Source: Polymyxa betae A26-41 (Eukaryota; Protista; Endomyxa: Phytomyxea). Taken from it: DNA of 64,000 bases. Where the stretch lies: assembly GCA_003693705.1 (NCBI GenBank), contig RBZT01000323.1:1-64000 (forward strand), read 5' to 3'. The position numbers and the translations under genes were made by a program. The notes beneath the pieces were generated by a model. That model did not search any database. It had not been told where the DNA came from and worked only from the letters and a program-made list of their open reading frames with translations. This document shows, piece by piece, positions 8,806 to 22,832 of the stretch (positions are counted from its first letter, which is position 1; every line of letters starts with the position of its first letter).

Positions 8806-10442
8806 ATGTTGCGTTATGTTCTGCAACGGCGCCCTTCATCGTCGTTATCATGGTCACAGATCCAGTCGCAGTGCCTACGAGCCTTGCAGGGCGTCATCCA
8901 TCCGGAGACCAAACGGGATGTCGTTTATTCCGGGCTGATTCACAAAATCGAACAGAGGCCGGACGCCTCCGTCCTCGTCCATCTCGATGTCGACCGCCAT
9001 TATCGCGACCTTCGTTCTCAGATCATCCACGCCCTGAAATCTGTACCTGGGGTTAAAGACCTTGAAGTTCGTATGGCACCTATGCGGAAATCTGAGAAAT
9101 CACAATCAAGCACGCAATCGGAAGTACTGCTACATTTTATTTGCATTATTTCCACGATTTTGCCATTTCAGCTTTTTTCAAACAAATATTTAAAAGTCCT
9201 TTCGCAGGAGGCGTCATCAGATCGTCGCGGCGGCCTGATCGATGTTGAGCGGATTGTGTCTGTCTCCAGCTGCAAAGGCGGCGTCGGCAAGTCGACGGTG
9301 GCCGTCAACCTGGCCTACAGCCTCTCTCAAGCCGGCCTTCGCGTGGGCCTGCTCGACGCCGACCTCTTCGGGCCCAGCCTGCCGACCTTGGTTGGTCAGG
9401 CCGGGCAGCGCCTCGAGCGCAACGCCGATCGGCGCGTCGTCCCGCTCGATTATCGCGGCGTCCGCCTCGTCTCGTACGGATTCCTGGCGCCGGATCCGTC
9501 GGCCGCCACCGTCCTGCGCGGGCCAGTATCGTCGCAGATCGCCCAGCAGCTGGCCCTGGGCACGGCCTGGGGCCAGCTCGACTACCTCGTGATTGATACC
9601 CCGCCGGGCACCGGTGATATCCAGCTGTCGCTGATGCAGGCGCTGACGTTGACGGCGAACGTGGTTGTGACGACGCCGCAACTGCTCAGCCATATCGATG
9701 TGGTGAAAGGGCTCGCTATGTATAAGAAGCTATCGGTCCCGACTGTCGCTGCTGTCAATAATATGGTGAACTTTCCTTTGTTAAAAATATGGTTTTTAAT
9801 ACTGTTTCTTTTCTTGCAAATTCTTTCATTCCAGTTTTTCCAACGTTATATTTTGCTTTGAATTTTTGAATTCTAAAACATCAGTTTCAGGCCTATTTTG
9901 TTTGCGATCGGTGCGATGCTCAGCATTATCCATTCGGGCGTCAGGCGAACAGTTTCATGACGGATTTCGAGATCCCTCTCTCAACGGACTTGCCAATTCA
10001 GGCGGAGATCGGGCGTGATGTCGATATCGGCGTCCCGACCATGCTCAGCGACGATCCGAGAACAGCCGCTATTCGCTCCATTATGAAAACGTTCGCGGCG
10101 TCCTTTCACGAACACGTCTCATTGCTGCAGAGCTCCCCCGCGCCTCGTCCCGACGTTTCCCTCGACAGTGGCAACATCGCCTTTTCTGATGACAGGTCAG
10201 CTGGCGTCATCGATGCCGAGCGCCTTCGCCGGGCATGCCAATGCGCAGCTTGTTTGCAATCACGGACGGAGTCGGCCAAACCGGGCCCTCGCCAGGCTGT
10301 TAATGTGAAACCGATCGGGAATTATGGAGTTGAAATTGATTGGGACGATGGACATAAAGGATCCATATATTCGTATGATACATTACGAAGGCTGTTACAC
10401 GATCAGCCACGAATACACGAGAGACAATCGGGCCGGATCTGA
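8806..10442 (+). CDS. HCF101: HCF101-type Fe-S cluster carrier (MIP18/DUF59 + Mrp/NBP35 P-loop ATPase + GBBH-like N/DUF971), likely mitochondrial
   Basis: VIHPETKRDVV; SSCKGGVGKSTVAVNLA; DADLFGPSLP; WGQLDYLVIDTPPGTGDIQL; LRRACQCAAC; GNYGVEIDWDDGH; Arg/Ser-rich N-terminus. Confidence 0.9.
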
Positions 10443-10491
10443 ACCGCTGCCAAATACATTATATCTATCAAATCATAATATTATATACATT

Positions 10492-11575
10492 TCATGGATT
10501 TCTTTCGCTCTGCACTTGTTGGCAGCTATCGGTCGAGTAAGTGTGCTTCTCGATCAACTCCATCAGGTTCGGGCTGATTCTGTTCACCAAATCCAGCGTC
10601 ACAGCGATCGTCAGCTTGGCGTTCAGCGCCGGCCACTTCCGATAATTCAGGATCGCATTCGGGCTATCATCATTATCAGCATTTTGCAACAACCCTCCTG
10701 CTATATGTCTCACCTCGGGTTGTGAATCAGCGAATCCCGTATCAGAATCATCTGAGCGATTATCGTCAAGATGTTCAGATGCAGACCGAAAGCTATCAGG
10801 AAATCCCAGAGCTTTAAAACCTCGGAGAACGGCTGCAGACAGCACAACATGCTCGACACAACTGTTATAAAGTCATAAAATGAAAAAAAATGTTTGAAAA
10901 TATTTCTTTTAAAAAAACAATTGTTTGAACAATCTAAAACAATATCTTGTTTGTTTGCATACGAGGGAAGGCGTAGACGGTGGCGATTAGGTTCTTCGAT
11001 TTCAGGTAATCGAAAAGTTCGCGATCAATGGAGCTCAAGCATTGGTCGAGTAGAATGCATCCAGCTCTGGGCCCCAACATGCTCTGCACCCAGTAGGTCG
11101 GGCAATACACCTTCACGAATCTCGAGAACGTCGCGTGAGCGTCCAGCTCGCCCATACAATACAGAAACGGCCCCGAAATCGCATTCATCCCCTGCAGATA
11201 GCGGAACCCATCGCCGGCGTTCTCGTGGACGAACGAATTCAGCAGACGAATCATGGAATTCTCGCTGACGCGATTCTGGAACGATTTCTCGTTGGGAAAC
11301 GTTCGAAACGAATCGCTGCGAATCTTCTGGTATTGCTCGCAAGGCCCGCGACGAATCAGGGCGCAATACCGCTCGGCGCTGACGCTCTCCACGCCCAGCA
11401 GCGTCTTCCAGATCAGGCCGCGGATCTCATTCTGGTCGTCAGCGACGCCATGGAAAAGCAGGTGCCGGCGCAGTTGGAACAGGAGGTCGGCGGCCGTGTC
11501 GTCGCCGGCCGAGCAGGCACCCAGGAATTGCCTCAGAATGTGCAGCGATTGGCGGTCGCCATCACTCCGTGGCAT
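10492..11575 (-). CDS. BUB2: Bub2/Cdc16-like TBC-domain GAP
   Basis: RGLIWKTLLG, IRSDSFRTF (R finger), YLQGMNAI (Q finger), EVLKLWDFLIAFG in a spliced exon. Confidence 0.88.
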
Positions 11576-12063
11576 TATGATAGGAAGGTTGGGGGTCGCC
11601 CCAGCCTGATTCTGTAAGATGGGGTGATGGGGCGATGGGGTGATGGAGTCGCCCCGAGCCGGCCAAGGCAGAGCGATCTGGCGAGAGTGGCAAACGTTGG
11701 GGAAGCGTCTGATGGATATCTGCCTGCTCTGTGGCTGACTGGCGTCCTGGACCTTCACAGAGGCCCGACCACCTCTATAGGGGGACCTCGAGACGCGATC
11801 TTCATGCCCGACCAGAGCACTATCAGATAAGATGGTGCGACGTGCGCGAATAAATGACGAAAACCTGGGTTTGTTATTCATGACGAAAACATTCAGAATA
11901 CCGGTAGAAAACTTCTCCTAATGCTAAACGTATCTTAGATTAGCTTGTCTGCGTATCTTGCTGTATACTGCGGCTTTATACATACAAAAAGAAGCCATTT
12001 GCAGATTTATAAAGTTTTGTCGTTAAGAAACACGTTATTAAGGTTACAGAAATGACGCCTTAT

Positions 12064-12510
12064 TTAGCTGATGCTCTTCAGACCATGCGATCCACCAAAT
12101 CGTCCCCGGAACTTATTGAATCGATTGATATCATCCTGCTTGCTGAGGCGGTTCCGATGCGCGCCAGTATGTCGGCTGTTGATGGTCGCGATGCCGTCGT
12201 CGACCGCCTCCATGTCGGCGTCGACCACGGACATGCCGTTATATGTTCGGCGAATCATGGCGTCCATGCCAGTGGCCGCCTCCGTATCCGAGCCTTGCGT
12301 ATGCTGTCCAGCAATCCACGGGCTCCAGAACGGGTTCGCCGGGCGCACGGCGCCGTACGCGTCGGTGTGCTGGCCCAGCATGGCTCGCAGCTGGGAGTTG
12401 ATACCCATGTCGGCGTCGAGACGAACGCCCATTTGGGCCTTGTTGCGAATGATGACGGCGTCGAATTGGCCTAAGACGACCAGCGCGAGCAACAGCAGCG
12501 ACGAATGCAT
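12064..12510 (-). CDS. Small secreted protein (148 aa), unknown function
   Basis: Signal peptide MHSSLLLLALVVLGQFDA; intronless; GC3-biased codons. Confidence 0.75.
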   Translation of the reverse strand: MHSSLLLLALVVLGQFDAVIIRNKAQMGVRLDADMGINSQLRAMLGQHTDAYGAVRPANPFWSPWIAGQHTQGSDTEAATGMDAMIRRTYNGMSVVDADMEAVDDGIATINSRHTGAHRNRLSKQDDINRFNKFRGRFGGSHGLKSIS

Positions 12511-12679
12511 CTTGTTATGAAATGAACGACGAATGGCTCATTCTCAAGAGGGTCCCTCAAGGTTGTGGTCGGTTGCGTCTCGGGCATCATCCACCATGGA
12601 ACGACCGATGCGAAATCGACCATCACTTCGAAGAGGTAACCCCGAGCTAGTGCTTCGATAATCGTTCATTCTGATCACG

Positions 12680-13009
12680 ATGAGATTGTTGATACTGGTG
12701 CTATCAGCAGCGACGATGATGATGTGCCGGGGTGGCGGCATGCTGCCCAGCAACAACCCGGTCGCCATGCAACTAGCTCACGTCGCAAACTTGGAAAACA
12801 TTCAGCAGCGAGTGCTCGGCGACGCCGGTGAACAAGCTGTAGACACTAACCTGCAGAAATGGGCGCCTGGTTGGAATGTCAGGACGCTTCATGCAGCAAC
12901 GATGCCATCAAGCGTTGAAGAATTCAGCAAGAATCAGGGAGAAATGATGCAGCGCAAGCAGCTACTGAGGGACCAAATCCAAACCATAAGCAAATCATCG
13001 TTCAAGTAA
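12680..13009 (+). CDS. Small secreted protein (109 aa), paralogue of 13342-13635
   Basis: Signal peptide MRLLILVLSAATMMMCRG; motif LPSNNPVAMQ...IQQR. Confidence 0.78.
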   Translation: MRLLILVLSAATMMMCRGGGMLPSNNPVAMQLAHVANLENIQQRVLGDAGEQAVDTNLQKWAPGWNVRTLHAATMPSSVEEFSKNQGEMMQRKQLLRDQIQTISKSSFK

Positions 13010-13341
13010 AACTTCTGAAACGGTTTAGATCTCATCAGATGGCATCGTGACCTCAAATATCGTAATACATCAAATAATCATATCGTGAGTTCGATTATAG
13101 CGATCGACCTGAATACCTTCTTAGCACTGTTCGTGATAACGATAGGATGGAGCTGTTCAGAACGAAAACCAACACCGTCTTAACAGCCATAGAAGAGGAC
13201 GGTTGAACGAAGCTTCAAAGAAGCTAAACCTTATACGTTAGTCCATAATGGTGGGTTAGATCAGCCGATAGAAATCAGCCATAAGTTCGACCAACGACCC
13301 CCAAGAGCAGCTGCTGTTGCTACTCTTCCTTCATTCATAAA

Positions 13342-13635
13342 ATGGCACGATTGCATCATCTTCTTCTGTTCGTACTGGCGGTCTTATCGACCATGGGCGA
13401 TGAAACACTCACCAGCAATGATCCCGTGGCCATGCAGGCCCGATCTCTGCAACACCAGTTCCAAGCGATCCAGCAGCGGACGTTCAACAATGCACATCAG
13501 CGAACTCTGCAACCACAAGCCATGTTCTGGCAGCAATGGAATGGCGTCCAGCAAGCGAATGCAGCACTGCAGGTTAACAATCCTCTCAACAACGGCAACC
13601 TCCGGCCTCCTATGACGCCAGCCAAATTCAACTAA
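13342..13635 (+). CDS. Small secreted Q/N-rich protein (97 aa), paralogue of 12680-13009
   Basis: Signal peptide MARLHHLLLFVLAVLSTMG; motif LTSNDPVAMQ...IQQR. Confidence 0.78.
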   Translation: MARLHHLLLFVLAVLSTMGDETLTSNDPVAMQARSLQHQFQAIQQRTFNNAHQRTLQPQAMFWQQWNGVQQANAALQVNNPLNNGNLRPPMTPAKFN

Positions 13636-13687
13636 ACCACACAGCACTTCAAGCATCGCTCCAAACTGTTACAATACTTCATAAATT

Positions 13688-14875
13688 TTATGATTGACTC
13701 ACATCCAGTAGCATCTCGCCATATGTTGTCGTCCAATGCAGACACAGGTTCTTGACAGCAACGAAAACACATTGATATGAGACAGCCAGGCCTACAAACA
13801 GCCCTACAAAACAATCACTAAAAGCAAATCTGAAGTCACGTTTAGCACACCAATTCGCGATAGAGAATGATGGGACATGCTGGCGAACCAGAGCCCATGC
13901 CTAATCAGGTGATGTAAGGCATCCGGGCGATCGTGCCTAAATCGATTTAGAAACTGAAAGCTTCCAGACTCTACGAGCAATCCCACCAGGTGTCCCATTC
14001 CCTCTTGAAATACATTAATGCTCCGATCATACTGACAGCTGCAGCTCCTGCCACATAGAAATCGAAAACCGGCGCCGTCCAATGCCGAGGAGAATACCAG
14101 AAAGGCTGAAACCTCCTGCAATCGTCTATCAATGCCAAATGGACAAATGTTTGTTTGTATAACGACTAACCCGAATTGATATACAGTAAAAGCCAGATGT
14201 GGCGACATTTTGGTTGCTATGACTGCTGAAATTGTAGTTAGCAGAAAGCATACCAGAATAGTCGCTGATAGGACAACTTTCTCGCTGGTTAGCCAGGCTG
14301 CCCATCGGGCCCGTTCGAACGAATACCGAAACAGGCACTGGTCGCATTGATAATAGCTCTGCGAATTAGCGCTAAGCCGTCTCCATCTATAAACAGCTTC
14401 AGCAATTTACAGGAGAAAATTTCTGACAGGATTACTGATTTAAACATCCAACATGGACGAAGCGCATACTGCCTGAGCATTTACAGGGCGAGATGAAACG
14501 ACCCGTTTCCGGCGTCGTATCCGAATCGTGACAGATTCGACACATTTTCGGCTCATTAGATTCCGGAGAGCCTGGATTGAAAGCCTCCGAAGCGGTTCTT
14601 GGCGAATCCGCCTCTGGTTGAAGCAGCTCGTTCCTAGGCGCTTCATCAGAAAGAGGATAAGAGGCAATCAGCGTGTCGCCATGGCGTAGGCAAGAGCCGA
14701 TCGCTGCGGTAGGCTCCAGAGGCGGACTGTCTCGAGGCCAGGCTAATCGTAAGCTGCCGCCCGAGTAGCACTGATTGTGGCTGATAAGAGTTTGGAGAAC
14801 GTCAGAGATGGCCTGGGTCTCGTCCAGGTCTAGACGAAGTCGGCCGTCATGGTAGATGACGCCAACAGTGATCAT
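13688..14875 (-). CDS. RING-CH (MARCH-type) E3 ubiquitin ligase with a ubiquitin-like N-terminus and TM segments
   Basis: CRICHD...FISPCKCSGSMRFVHVGCLNQ; downstream hydrophobic exons. Confidence 0.85.
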
Positions 14876-15595
14876 TTACATACAACCATACAGTCAAATG
14901 ATGTGTACTGCATGAATATAAAGCGCGATATAAAACTTGGATTTTTCAAAAACAATTCGTCGATTTTTCTGGAATTTTCATACCAATGCATGGGTGAGCG
15001 CCAACCAGGGCTGAAAATGATATAGTTTTTCTGGGTTAGCCAAAATGTTTTTCTAGTACTGGCCCGTAAATTCAGCAAACGGAAAAGCGGTTGTGACTTT
15101 GTCATGACAGTTCTTTTAAAAGTTTATTGGCTGTCATATGACTTATATCTGCTTGTGTGAATTGCTGTCAAGATGTATGATTACTCACGAGACGCTGAAA
15201 TCGCAGTGACGACGAGAGGTTGCTGAGGACATAATCTAACATATCTAGGGTAGGTACAGCTTAGGTCAAAAAACAAGCATAGAATACATCATGGAACCTT
15301 CACTGCCGGTAAGGAATCAAACCGTCAACAAACTTAATATAGGACGGAACGAAACGTAAAGCCAGTAGATGGCAAATATGTGAAGGGCTGAAAACTCTTC
15401 CCAGGTTTTTATGTCTTCAGCAACAACCCAGATCTGCATGTGAAAACTCGAATACCAGATGTCAATTCTCACGAAACCCACGTTTCCTTATGCGAACTTC
15501 AAGTGGGAGTTAGCGATCATAGTTTCAACAACCGAATGGATCAAATTCAACAACTTTAAAAAAATGCATCCAATTTGGTTATATTATTACCTTAA

Positions 15596-17032
15596 TTAAA
15601 ACTGTAGTGGTAGCGAATCCTGTACGGTCTGCTCAACAGAGCAATATGGGCACTTGAACGTCCTCATGGCAGAGCTCCTTCCAATACGAGGTATATTCTC
15701 CATAGAAGAGCGAGATATCACATGACCGCATAAGAGCATCATAGGCTGATCATCAACAGTTTTTGAAACTGGACAAACAAATGTCGAATGGTATTGAAAC
15801 TTCTTCCCGAGGTCCAGTGCAATCTAACAATGACAGAGTGTCAGATATTCAATCGTAGAACACAAATGACTTCAGGATTACTTCAGAAGCATTGCATGAC
15901 ACATTCAGGGCTGAACTCTGGGATTGCAAGGCATTAATCTTGACGAGCGGCGGCAAGGCGATCTGGCTGGCTGCCACGCTGAAAGAAATTCTGTACTATT
16001 GATAATCACTTATAAATAAAACCAACCAGACTGAAAGCGGGCTTTCTTTCGCCAGTCCCATGCCTTTACAGAAGACAGAAATGAAGATTTTCTCGAGGGC
16101 ATCCCAATCTTCACTCGAAGTCCCAACATATTTAAATTTCGAGAATACAAATATCAGCATTCCCATCAAATCCCCGATCTGTGCAGCTACGATTGCATAG
16201 TCAACGGGAACCTTTACAAATCCTTTACAAATTACCGTATTCTGGAAATAATAAAGGGAAATTAGCTCGAGCGTACTTGACGGCAGCGCTAACATGCCCT
16301 TTCTCGAGCAATTGAAGATATTCCATTCGATGCAGGTGGAACAGCAAGAGATTATACTCCCTTCTATTGTCTTGACAACAGCACCAGCTAAATTCAGAAA
16401 CATTAGCATTCTTTGGGTGCACAAACCGATCATCATCATTACTTCACGCATGGTGAGATCTCTTTTCGTCGTAACGACTGAAGAAGGATGTCAAGCGTAG
16501 CGAACCGTTCGTCAAACGAAAAGTTCATTTGCGTCTCACTGATTAGAGATTGGGCGATACTGAACCGACCCGTTCGTAATAAATGGTTGACAATGATTCG
16601 GTCGAGAAGCTCATCATTCAGCACAGTCGAATCTTTAACACCTTCAATCGAATCACAGACCTGCAGTAGGCGACTAAATCGCCAGATAAAACTATTGAAG
16701 GAATCATTTAGCGCATACTGCTTCCATCTTCTGAGATATAGTCGCGATTTCTACAGTCCCTGTTTTCAGTAGCCCAGCCAATCTGAGCAGCGAATCATTA
16801 TAAAACAGATCCTCTAACAAAGCATTATTTACTGCTTTCGAACTGGTTTTAGCAAATCCGCTGACGATTTACAATCTATTCTCCTTGTTGCCTCAAGCTC
16901 GTCAGCCAGGCTCCTGATATCGTTTGCAAACCGGGTTATGGCCGCTTCTGTCTGTTCTGATAATTGTCTCTGCTGATCTGCAAACACATCGAAAGACGCT
17001 TGTAGCCTGGGGACATCTGACCGCCTAAACAT
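15596..17032 (-). CDS. RMND5: CTLH/GID complex RING subunit RMND5/Gid2
   Basis: LisH (IIVNHLLRTGRFSIAQSL), CTLH (LLFHLHRMEYLQLL), FQYHSTFVCPVSK...PMMLLCGHVIS...FKCPYC. Confidence 0.9.
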
Positions 17033-17358
17033 GATAGAAGACTAATGACGGACTAAGTGGAAAGGACATGACAGAACTTACACCAGTCAAGGCTGTAATG
17101 TTACAGCGATCGCTCGAACTCGCATGGAACGATACCATTTCTACGACAGTCTGTACCAAAGCCACCTACAGTGGTCTGCCCCAAATCAAAATGGGGATAT
17201 CAAGGCAAGGAAAGAGAGAGAGATAAAGAGACGGGCGAAAAGACAGAGAATTAACAAGACTGAGTAATGTTACAAAGGTCAAAGAATGGCGATTTCTAGA
17301 GTGACCCTATCCATATGGCTTACAAGACGATGTTGGAGAGCGGAGAGCGAAAGCATAG

Positions 17359-18990
17359 TTATCTCTGTATTGCAGGAATGGACAAAGAGATCATGGAGGG
17401 ATCCTGCGGCCTGGGCGGCTCTTTAAACCAGTCGTGTTCTAGAGCGTCTTTCGCAGAGATTCGTTGTTCGGGATCCAAAGCTAGAAGTCGCGATAGCAAA
17501 TCGAATCCTTTTCCCGTTAGATACGACGCGCTGGTTACCGATCGTCTCGGGAACAGATCCGACAGAGATCCTGATCAGAAAACTCAGATAAGAGAGGTAG
17601 AAGTTAGGCGAAATCGCACCTTTGGTAGGTTTCCAGGTCCAGTTTTGAGCATGAGGAAGTTTCATATAACCAGGCCAGTTTTCTTCGGTTGGAGATCCGA
17701 CCAACGAGAATATTTTATGTAATTGGTCCAGCTCGCCCTGCGCCCCTTCGAAAAGCGGCGTCTTTGTTAGGAGCTCGGCGAAGATGCATCCTACAGACCA
17801 CATATCGACAGCTGTGCTATAGGTCTTGGCTCCTGTCTTGCAATAAGCAATGCGCCAATACAGCATTGAATCTACAAACCTAAAAGAAGCTCTGGAGAGC
17901 GGTACCAAAGCGTGACAACCAGAGGCGAATATTCTTTGACGGGATCGCCGAATTTCCTTGCCAGACCTAAATCGCAGATCTTTAACATGCCATGGTTGTT
18001 GAGTAGTAAATTCGTGGTCTTCAAATCTCGATGTATAATCCAGTGCGAATGCAGATATGCTACTCCCCGAAGAAGCTGCTGCATAAGACACTTCACCTCG
18101 CTCTGTGAGAAAGGCTCCTTTTTCGCCTTAATCAGCGATTTCACCTGAAAACAATTAATGTGTGTTTTCGGATAGCAAAGAATGCTGACTTCATGGGTCA
18201 TATGTTCCATCACCATGAAGATTTGACCAGGACGGCGCCCAATCACGATCTCGCGCAGCTGGACCAGATTCGGATGACTAAGTGACATCAAAATATTGAT
18301 TTCCCGAAGAGACGTCACTGGGAATCCAGCAGCTTGCGAATCCATCTTGATTTTTTTTAAAGCGACCGCTGTGAAAATAAATTTGGAAAAGGGTATTAAG
18401 GCGATATAAAAGTACTTTGTTTTGTCGCTTTGTCAATAGCTTGATGAACAACACCATAGGCTCCTTCACTAATCGTCTTCACCCGTTCGAATTCATCCAC
18501 GCTTCGGCATCCAAGACGGGCAACAGAGGCGACAGTCGAGATGTAAGGCTGTGATCGTGATTGAACCTCGAGAGTGGCTTCACTATCACTATCCGAGTCG
18601 AGAGCACAAGAATCAGGTGGCGTTGGGAGTCGAACCTGAAAGGACACCATAAAAAACAGCCTCGTTAAAATGTGTTATGTGAAATATTTCCACCTGATCT
18701 TCATTTAGCTCTATTTTGTGTTCATCGACGCTTTGACGTTCTGAGACAGGGCCGATTTCCGCCTCCTGCCTCTTAACTTCTTCAAGCAGATTCTGCTCCT
18801 CTTCTAGCAGTTTCTGCTTTTTCAGCTCTTCAGCAATGGCATCACGAAGCCATTGTGGCTGGCTGTGCAGCACTGGCTCGGGCGCCTTTTGATCACATAC
18901 AGGGCGCTGATACGATCTCTGATTCGACGATCCTTGTCTATGCCCAGACCTGGGCGGGTCGTGACGGGGTCGTTTCGCCCAGGGATCCAT
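17359..18990 (-). CDS. CDK11: Cyclin-dependent kinase of the CDK11/CDK10 (PITSLRE) class
   Basis: [54 protein letters not shown]. Confidence 0.9.
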
Positions 18991-19272
18991 TTGTTTTGAG
19001 AAGAAACCCGCAGTCCGAATCCGATAATGCCTTCTTTCAACGACTTATTTCAAATGCTACCGATTTCTTGTTAAAAAGGAAACCAACATGCTTACCTAAA
19101 GATTTATGGCGATGATAGAACAAAAAAACACTGAGCGATACAAAACTTGAATCCAACAATATGGATAAGTTGATATTCTTAGCTTGTTTATTTCTGTTAT
19201 AGATATTAGGCTATGCTAACAGGGATTCTGATTGCCCATGTTTTAAGGATTCACCTTTAATTAAAACGCAGT

Positions 19273-20014
19273 ATGTCTGTAGAATCTAAACTCAGTGACT
19301 ATGCGGTAAGTTTGTCTCTATCGGAATCCATAGTCGTTGCGATACCGTCAAATGACAGAGAGATTTTGTGCCAGCAACGATCAACATGCTGAGTCGTGCT
19401 CGAAACTGACAAGCGTATGGTTCACCGACCTATACGACGATGGTAAACCGCAGATAGAGATGGAGCTGATCAGACCGGAATCCATTCCTGAGCCGTGTCG
19501 AACATTGCTTCATCACGACCACAATATGACGCCCACGCTGGCAACATGGTGTCGATCTAAGGCGAATCTCAGCGTTCTTCAAAAAATTTTTGACATAAAG
19601 CAATCTGTTCTGAGCCGTATCATTACGCTGGATTGCGAAGGTCATATCGTGGAGTTATCGTCTATCAGAATCTATTTGAGTTCGCTGCCGGAATATACAC
19701 ACCACAGGTGCCATTTCATGTCTTTGTTGTAACTTATGCACGTTGTTTATTGTTCGATAATTCTTAGAGTACTTTCTGGAGAGATACCTCTAGGCACCAT
19801 GCTGATTGAGAATGGCATCTCCCAACATTGTGTTCCAGATTGTTTTCTGAAAGTTTCCTGTGATTCTGTTCTAAAAAAGATTTTTGGCACGGACTCGGAT
19901 GCGTTTCTTTTCGGCAGGAGAAATCGATTGCTGTCAGATACAAAACAAGTCATTGCCGAGCTCATTGAAATAATTCCCGGCCCTAATCAGCTGGAGAAAA
20001 TAAAAAAGCAGTAA
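19273..20014 (+). CDS. Chorismate-lyase (UbiC/UTRA)-fold protein of bacterial type
   Basis: IPEPCRTLLHHDHNMTPTL, LSRIITL, VELSSIRIYLSSLP, VLSGEIPLGTMLI, FGRRNRL, ELIEIIP; start uncertain (19273 or 19352). Confidence 0.6.
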
Positions 20015-20121
20015 TCTGTTCTGATCAACGTTAATTAATTTATTTGTAGATTTAAACCTAGATAAATACATATGGAGCAATCGGTGTTATTTAAACAGGT
20101 TTTCTAAGCCGTAATGCATCC

Positions 20122-21563
<1,442 letters not shown>

Positions 21564-22832
21564 AGAAGAGGCCTGGATTTGATGTCGACAACAACCTTGG
21601 GATGCTAGGCTGCGCTGGTTCGTCTTCCAGGCACCGTCTCAGTAGCACAGATCCGACAATAATTCCCTATGAGATGGCAAGCCACACGCCGACAAGGTCC
21701 ATATGGACGCGCGTGCTCGAGCCCTTTCGGCACAAGCCAGATATTTGTAGGTTTGTACCGGGCAGGTCGGCGATCACCGTCGAACTCTCTATTGCCTGCC
21801 ATATTAAACGAATGAAGAAGGCCCCGCCATGATTCTCTCCCTGTAATGACAGGAAACACGTTCTCTGTCAAAGAGATCTCTCTTTCACCGTGACGAAAAT
21901 CATGACGCAGTCATTAGTAGAGCTATTGAACGATTGCTTTATCTGCTACAAGCGTATCGTAGCTTCTCGTATCGCAATACGTAATCTTAAAAAACAGCAA
22001 TTGGTCGAAATTTGTTTGGAAGCATGCGTTTCGCGCGTACATTGAAATAAAAATTCATTAGATATTTCTTTCGTCCGTCAAATTCTAAGATAACAGAGCA
22101 GCAATAATCGATCATAAACAATATTGTTACGGTTAACGATGCCCGGGCGTCGGGCGGCGCCTTTCGATTTCTTCAAAGATCAGATTCTGATCCCGAGCTT
22201 AGTCCCAGCATGTTGCTCAAACTCAAAGGTATATTCTCTTGCGCATGTTGATTCCTCAGCCGGAAGTTGTTAAGCTTTCAGATACGGATGCTTAAGAGGT
22301 TTTTTATCAAACATGTTACATAATGTTGTCAGGCATTCTATGCGACATGCATAATTGAGGAATCGCGTACTCCTCTTCTTTGCCAAACATCGTTGTCTCA
22401 GAGTATTCGATGAAAAAGACGCTGTTGACTTGGCGAAATCTTTCAGCTGCTGATTTTGATGATGTCGAAAGAAGGAAGGAATTGAGTGACAGCAGTCAAC
22501 TGTATCGCTTTCTGTAATTCGTTTTCTGTCGAATTCGAAACGACGCTTAGAACCAATTTGGTATTTTGAATCGCAGTCCTATAGTAACCTTCGGGTGAGA
22601 GGGCAAGCAATGTGACATTATGAAGTGATCTGCCTTATACATACGTTTGTTCAAAACGATTCTAAGTTCCGACGTGGAGATAGTAGACCCTAGTTTTTCT
22701 ATTACAAAGGAAACGCTTAATTACGGAATGGAAACCTTCAGCACAAGGCGGTAAACGCTTAATTACTAGCAGAATAGCAATAATGCGACAGAGCTGATGT
22801 AGAGCAAAGGTGACAGCCATGTATAAACTGCA

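Noticed and set aside
15095-15170. Clustered TGACAG/CTGTCA words upstream of several genes
   Set aside because: A hexamer expected dozens of times by chance in 64 kb; enrichment cannot be shown without counting
15170-15232. C/D snoRNA-like boxes (ATGATTA, CTGA, GTGACGA, CTGA)
   Set aside because: Only ~50 nt between box C and box D, non-canonical boxes and no recognisable rRNA target
22139-22517. Possible small spliced gene
   Set aside because: Splice-like sites are present but no stop-free product could be assembled
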